DNA of 64,000 nucleotides from Paragordius varius (Eukaryota > Animalia > Nematomorpha): positions 2,852,001-2,916,000 of the forward strand of contig OZ176056.1 in assembly GCA_964247055.1 (NCBI GenBank), read 5' to 3'. Both the position numbers and the translations under genes were made by a program. This document shows, one piece after another, positions 62,601 to 64,000 of the stretch (position 1 is its first letter; every line of letters starts with the position of its first letter). The notes below the pieces were generated by a model, which saw only the letters and a list, made by a program, of their open reading frames with translations, made no database searches and had not been told where the DNA came from.

Positions 62601-64000
62601 TCCTGCTGTACTATGTTTAGCATGCAATATTTATATAAAAGATATTAGAAAAAAATGTATGGACTACCGAATCTTTTATAATTGTATTAAAATAAATCCG
62701 ACATCCTAATATAGATCAATATTAACAATGAGCTGCTTGTTTCACCGTTTTGAACATATTCTTTACAATGACCCATGTAATGAAATGTAGTTATTTTTAT
62801 ATAATAATCTGCTTTATAGCACAATTCAAAAATATGGCTTTTCACTAAATAAATAAAAAACATTTACCAATTCTAAATATTTTCCAATATATAATTTATA
62901 ATTCCAATAATATGGGTAGTTGTAAAAGGTAACAAAGCTATGAAACGTAAAACTGAAAAGATATTTATTCGGTTTTTTGTGTTTATATATATACTATAGT
63001 GAACATAATTTGCATGATAACAATAAAATTTCGAGTAACAAAGGATATGATATTTACATAGTACAAAAAAATATAAAAATAAGACAATGCAAATCTCACA
63101 AAAGATTATAGTATACAAACAAAATATATATTCATATGTTACAGTATTGCATCTTAAAAATGGGACTGGGGTTTTCAATATGGCTCTTTTACAAAATAAT
63201 TATCAAAAAGTTTAGCAGTGGAAGTATTCTAAAGATTCTCAGATTGTAAAGGAATGATTCAATGAATGTGATGAAAAATAATAAAAAATATTATGAAAAT
63301 GCTCGTTTTTGAGTTTTTATTTCAAATCGCTCAGAGATATACAACTCCCCCAAAATGTCATAGATATAAATACCACCTTTATATTATAGTTTTTTCGACA
63401 AATATATGAATATATAAATCCTAATTCTCTATTAAAAATTAATGCGTTTACATATATGAAATTATGTGAATTGTATATCCAAAATTTTTGTTTAATATTA
63501 GTAATAATTATTTATATACAATTAGTTTATTCTGGCTCTGGTACAAAGGACCCTGGTTTCCAATCAAGTTATAAAAGAAAAGGTATTATTTTTTGTTAGG
63601 TTTTTGCATTTAAATGAAACAAAAGTTGCGTTTGGATTGCGTTTTTGGTTAAAAAAAAGTTTTATTAAAAAAATAGTGCGATATATGCCTATTATTATTT
63701 TGCTTTCCTCTATAACTTAGGTCAAGATGATGGGTCTGGATTACGGCATTCTGGTTATAGGGGAAAAGGTATGTTTTTTATATAATTATGTTTTCTAAAA
63801 CTAGAATATGATTTGACTGGCATACAGAAAAGTTAGCATTCAAAGTTCCTTTAAAATCCTTCATAATACTCTAATGATTTACTACTATATCAATAGTTTG
63901 CAGTTTGCTGGAAATCTTTTAGTTTATTGTTTTTAAAATGTGTAAGACATGATTTTTCCTCGTCACATATTATCTTTTAATAAAAAAATAAAAATTGTAG
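38693..64000 (+). CDS. Secreted Ig/FN3-like modular protein gene, copy B (exons 38693-38762, 41554-41586?, 44156-44413, 44499-44717, 45291-45542, 50588-50839, 55249-55494, 58243-58464, 58718-58957, 63526-63582, 63721-63768; last exon beyond window)
   Basis: Nine internal exons are open, phase 1-1 and multiples of 3 (258, 219, 252, 252, 246, 222, 240, 57, 48 nt). Joining them into one transcript is inferred. No transmembrane exon was found. Confidence 0.7.
39628..41129 (-). mobile_element. Degenerate hAT (GTF2IRD2/Charlie-like) element in intron 1
   Basis: Minus-strand motifs IQLSATCARRIEDMS, ICTDGYPSMIG, FHCFIHQQNL. Ends caagagtgtccaac and tttgaggatcactg, approximate. Confidence 0.8.
41554..41586 (+). 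CDS. Candidate micro-exon 2 (DEPVSGSGIFP)
   Basis: Good acceptor tatacag|AT, GC-rich island, Ser-Gly motif like the 3' micro-exons. The donor reads cca|gtaaat (phase 0), one G short of the expected phase 1. Confidence 0.4.
42688..43407 (+). mobile_element. Non-autonomous Helitron
   Basis: A|TC at 42688, hairpin 43374-43396, CTAG|T at 43404-43407. Same family as 3036-4263 with one fewer ~510-bp unit. Confidence 0.9.
44156..44413 (+). CDS. Ig-like domain exon 1 (cysteine-less I-set-like)
   Basis: tatag|AT...ATT G|gtaaat. LNIGESLSIWV...QWKLNGKEI...TDGGNYTFSIG carries the C-strand Trp and DxGxY motif with Phe in place of Cys. Confidence 0.8.
44499..44717 (+). CDS. Two-Cys FN3-like exon 'a1' (missed by the ORF track)
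   Basis: atttag|AA CCA...CCA G|gttata, 219 nt open. EPVPITYGNNQVKINFS...ICISNLIEEYCFDVYP is homologous to 55249-55494. The fold assignment is tentative. Confidence 0.75.
45291..45542 (+). CDS. Two-Cys FN3-like exon 'c1'
   Basis: atgtag|AA...ACA A|gtatta, 252 nt. KLIWS...IYDGYNCENFINETSEHAY...YCL matches IEWD...IFEGENCENWLNHTSNPSY...ICI of 58718-58957. Confidence 0.78.
45783..50355 (+). mobile_element. Full-length Mag-like Ty3/Gypsy LTR retrotransposon, inactivated, in an intron
   Basis: LTRs 45783-46109 and 50098-50355 (TG...CA), 5-bp TSD ATATA, PBS TTGGCGCGGTCG, PPT before 50098, internal gag-pol. Confidence 0.97.
46131..49819 (+). pseudogene. Gag-Pol (double CCHC knuckle, protease LFDTGAD, RT, RNase H, integrase)
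   Basis: CFKCGRAH..CCPA..VCFKC..NHF, LFDTGAD, LRICADF, LILETDAS, HKGHPG, RLHLDIAGP, IVTDNA, PYHPRTNGLVE. Several frameshifts and stops; YLDD has lost 4 nt near 47879. Confidence 0.95.
50588..50839 (+). CDS. Ig-like domain exon 2 (paralog of 44156-44413)
   Basis: caacag|AT...ATA G|gtaaat. VNVGQKLELFV...IWQINGTEI...NDTGTYTFVVG. Confidence 0.8.
50900..51110. mobile_element. Small MITE with ~30-bp imperfect TIR
   Basis: tatcatttacatttcaaattcaccct versus agggtgaatatgatttgtaaatggtata. The core ttcaaattcaccct recurs at ~1403 and ~59243. Confidence 0.45.
51376..52034. mobile_element. piggyBac-type MITE
   Basis: TTAA on both sides; TIRs begin CACTTGGATACAACACATTCATTTT and match well for ~45 bp, loosely to ~90 bp. 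Solo ends of this family at ~35500 and ~38165. Confidence 0.75.
55249..55494 (+). CDS. Two-Cys FN3-like exon 'a2'
   Basis: ataaag|AT CCT...CCA G|gttaat, 246 nt open. DPLVSKLYPDQVTTDFS...FCITASFEEYCAEEIDIP. Confidence 0.78.
56881..57480 (-). mobile_element. Possible decayed hAT fragment
   Basis: TIR-like cagggcggatgca at 56881 and weak minus-strand similarity to N-terminal regions of ZMYM-type transposases (LLDIGP...; GSIN...CV..IF). Confidence 0.25.
58243..58464 (+). CDS. FN3-type exon (copy B)
   Basis: Identical to 614-835. Confidence 0.8.
58718..58957 (+). CDS. Two-Cys FN3-like exon 'c2' (copy B), hypervariable
   Basis: aacatag|CA CCT...ACA A|gtatgt, 240 nt open. PIISAIRP...KIEWDSN...ENCENW...KICISGSNGYFSGP. 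Confidence 0.8.
59001..59215 (+). mobile_element. 215-bp retroposon-like insertion (SINE or 5'-truncated LINE)
   Basis: Absent from copy A, where a single tatcacatgtta sits at ~1376-1387. Flanked by the 12-bp direct repeat TATCACATGTTA (58989-59000, 59216-59227) and ends in ATGATGATG. Confidence 0.8.
59435..60125. mobile_element. hAT MITE (copy of 1603-2288)
   Basis: Same TIR and TSD. Confidence 0.8.
60874..62103 (-). mobile_element. Non-autonomous Helitron (copy of 3036-4263)
   Basis: Same A|TC...hairpin...CTAG|T ends. Confidence 0.85.
63526..63768 (+). CDS. Two Ser-Gly micro-exons (63526-63582, 63721-63768), copy B
   Basis: Identical to 5682-5738 and 5876-5923. Confidence 0.7.

Larger units (their letters stand above)
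57630..64000 (+). repeat. Segmental duplication copy B (partner 1-6155)
   Basis: Colinear match including the same MITE, Helitron and exons. Confidence 0.97.

Noticed and set aside
1-64000. Assigning the organism (for example a myxozoan or other parasite) or calling the gene an Alr ortholog
   Set aside because: Low GC, serpins and Ig/FN3 domains fit many invertebrates. Alr proteins are transmembrane and no TM exon was found, so the comparison is only an analogy.

Overview
This is AT-rich, transposon-dense eukaryotic (animal-type) DNA with GT-AG introns. I found no rRNA, tRNA or CRISPR, and the taxon cannot be fixed from the sequence. Three host components are visible. (1) A multi-exon gene the ORF track only shows in fragments (36029/38693 to >64000, +). 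It encodes a predicted secreted, heavily N-glycosylated protein: signal peptide, Ser-Gly micro-exon, Ig, FN3-like, FN3-like, Ig, FN3-like, FN3, FN3-like, Ser-Gly micro-exons. The 3' end of a tandem paralog lies at 614-6413, offset ~57.6 kb. The copies are ~99% identical except for one exon, which is strongly diverged and almost entirely by amino-acid-changing substitutions. (2) A convergent pair of three-exon serpin genes (17673-19084 +, 23857-25212 -), both with predicted P1 Arg and both frameshifted. (3) A 2.6-kb tandem duplication that doubles the signal-peptide exon. The rest is decayed or nested mobile DNA: hAT elements and MITEs, Helitrons, mariner, piggyBac remnants, an RTE LINE, Mag-like Ty3/Gypsy elements and a short retroposon. 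The best candidate for an undescribed system is the tandem Ig/FN3 family with a single hypervariable exon, next to serpins. All alignments and counts were done by eye.
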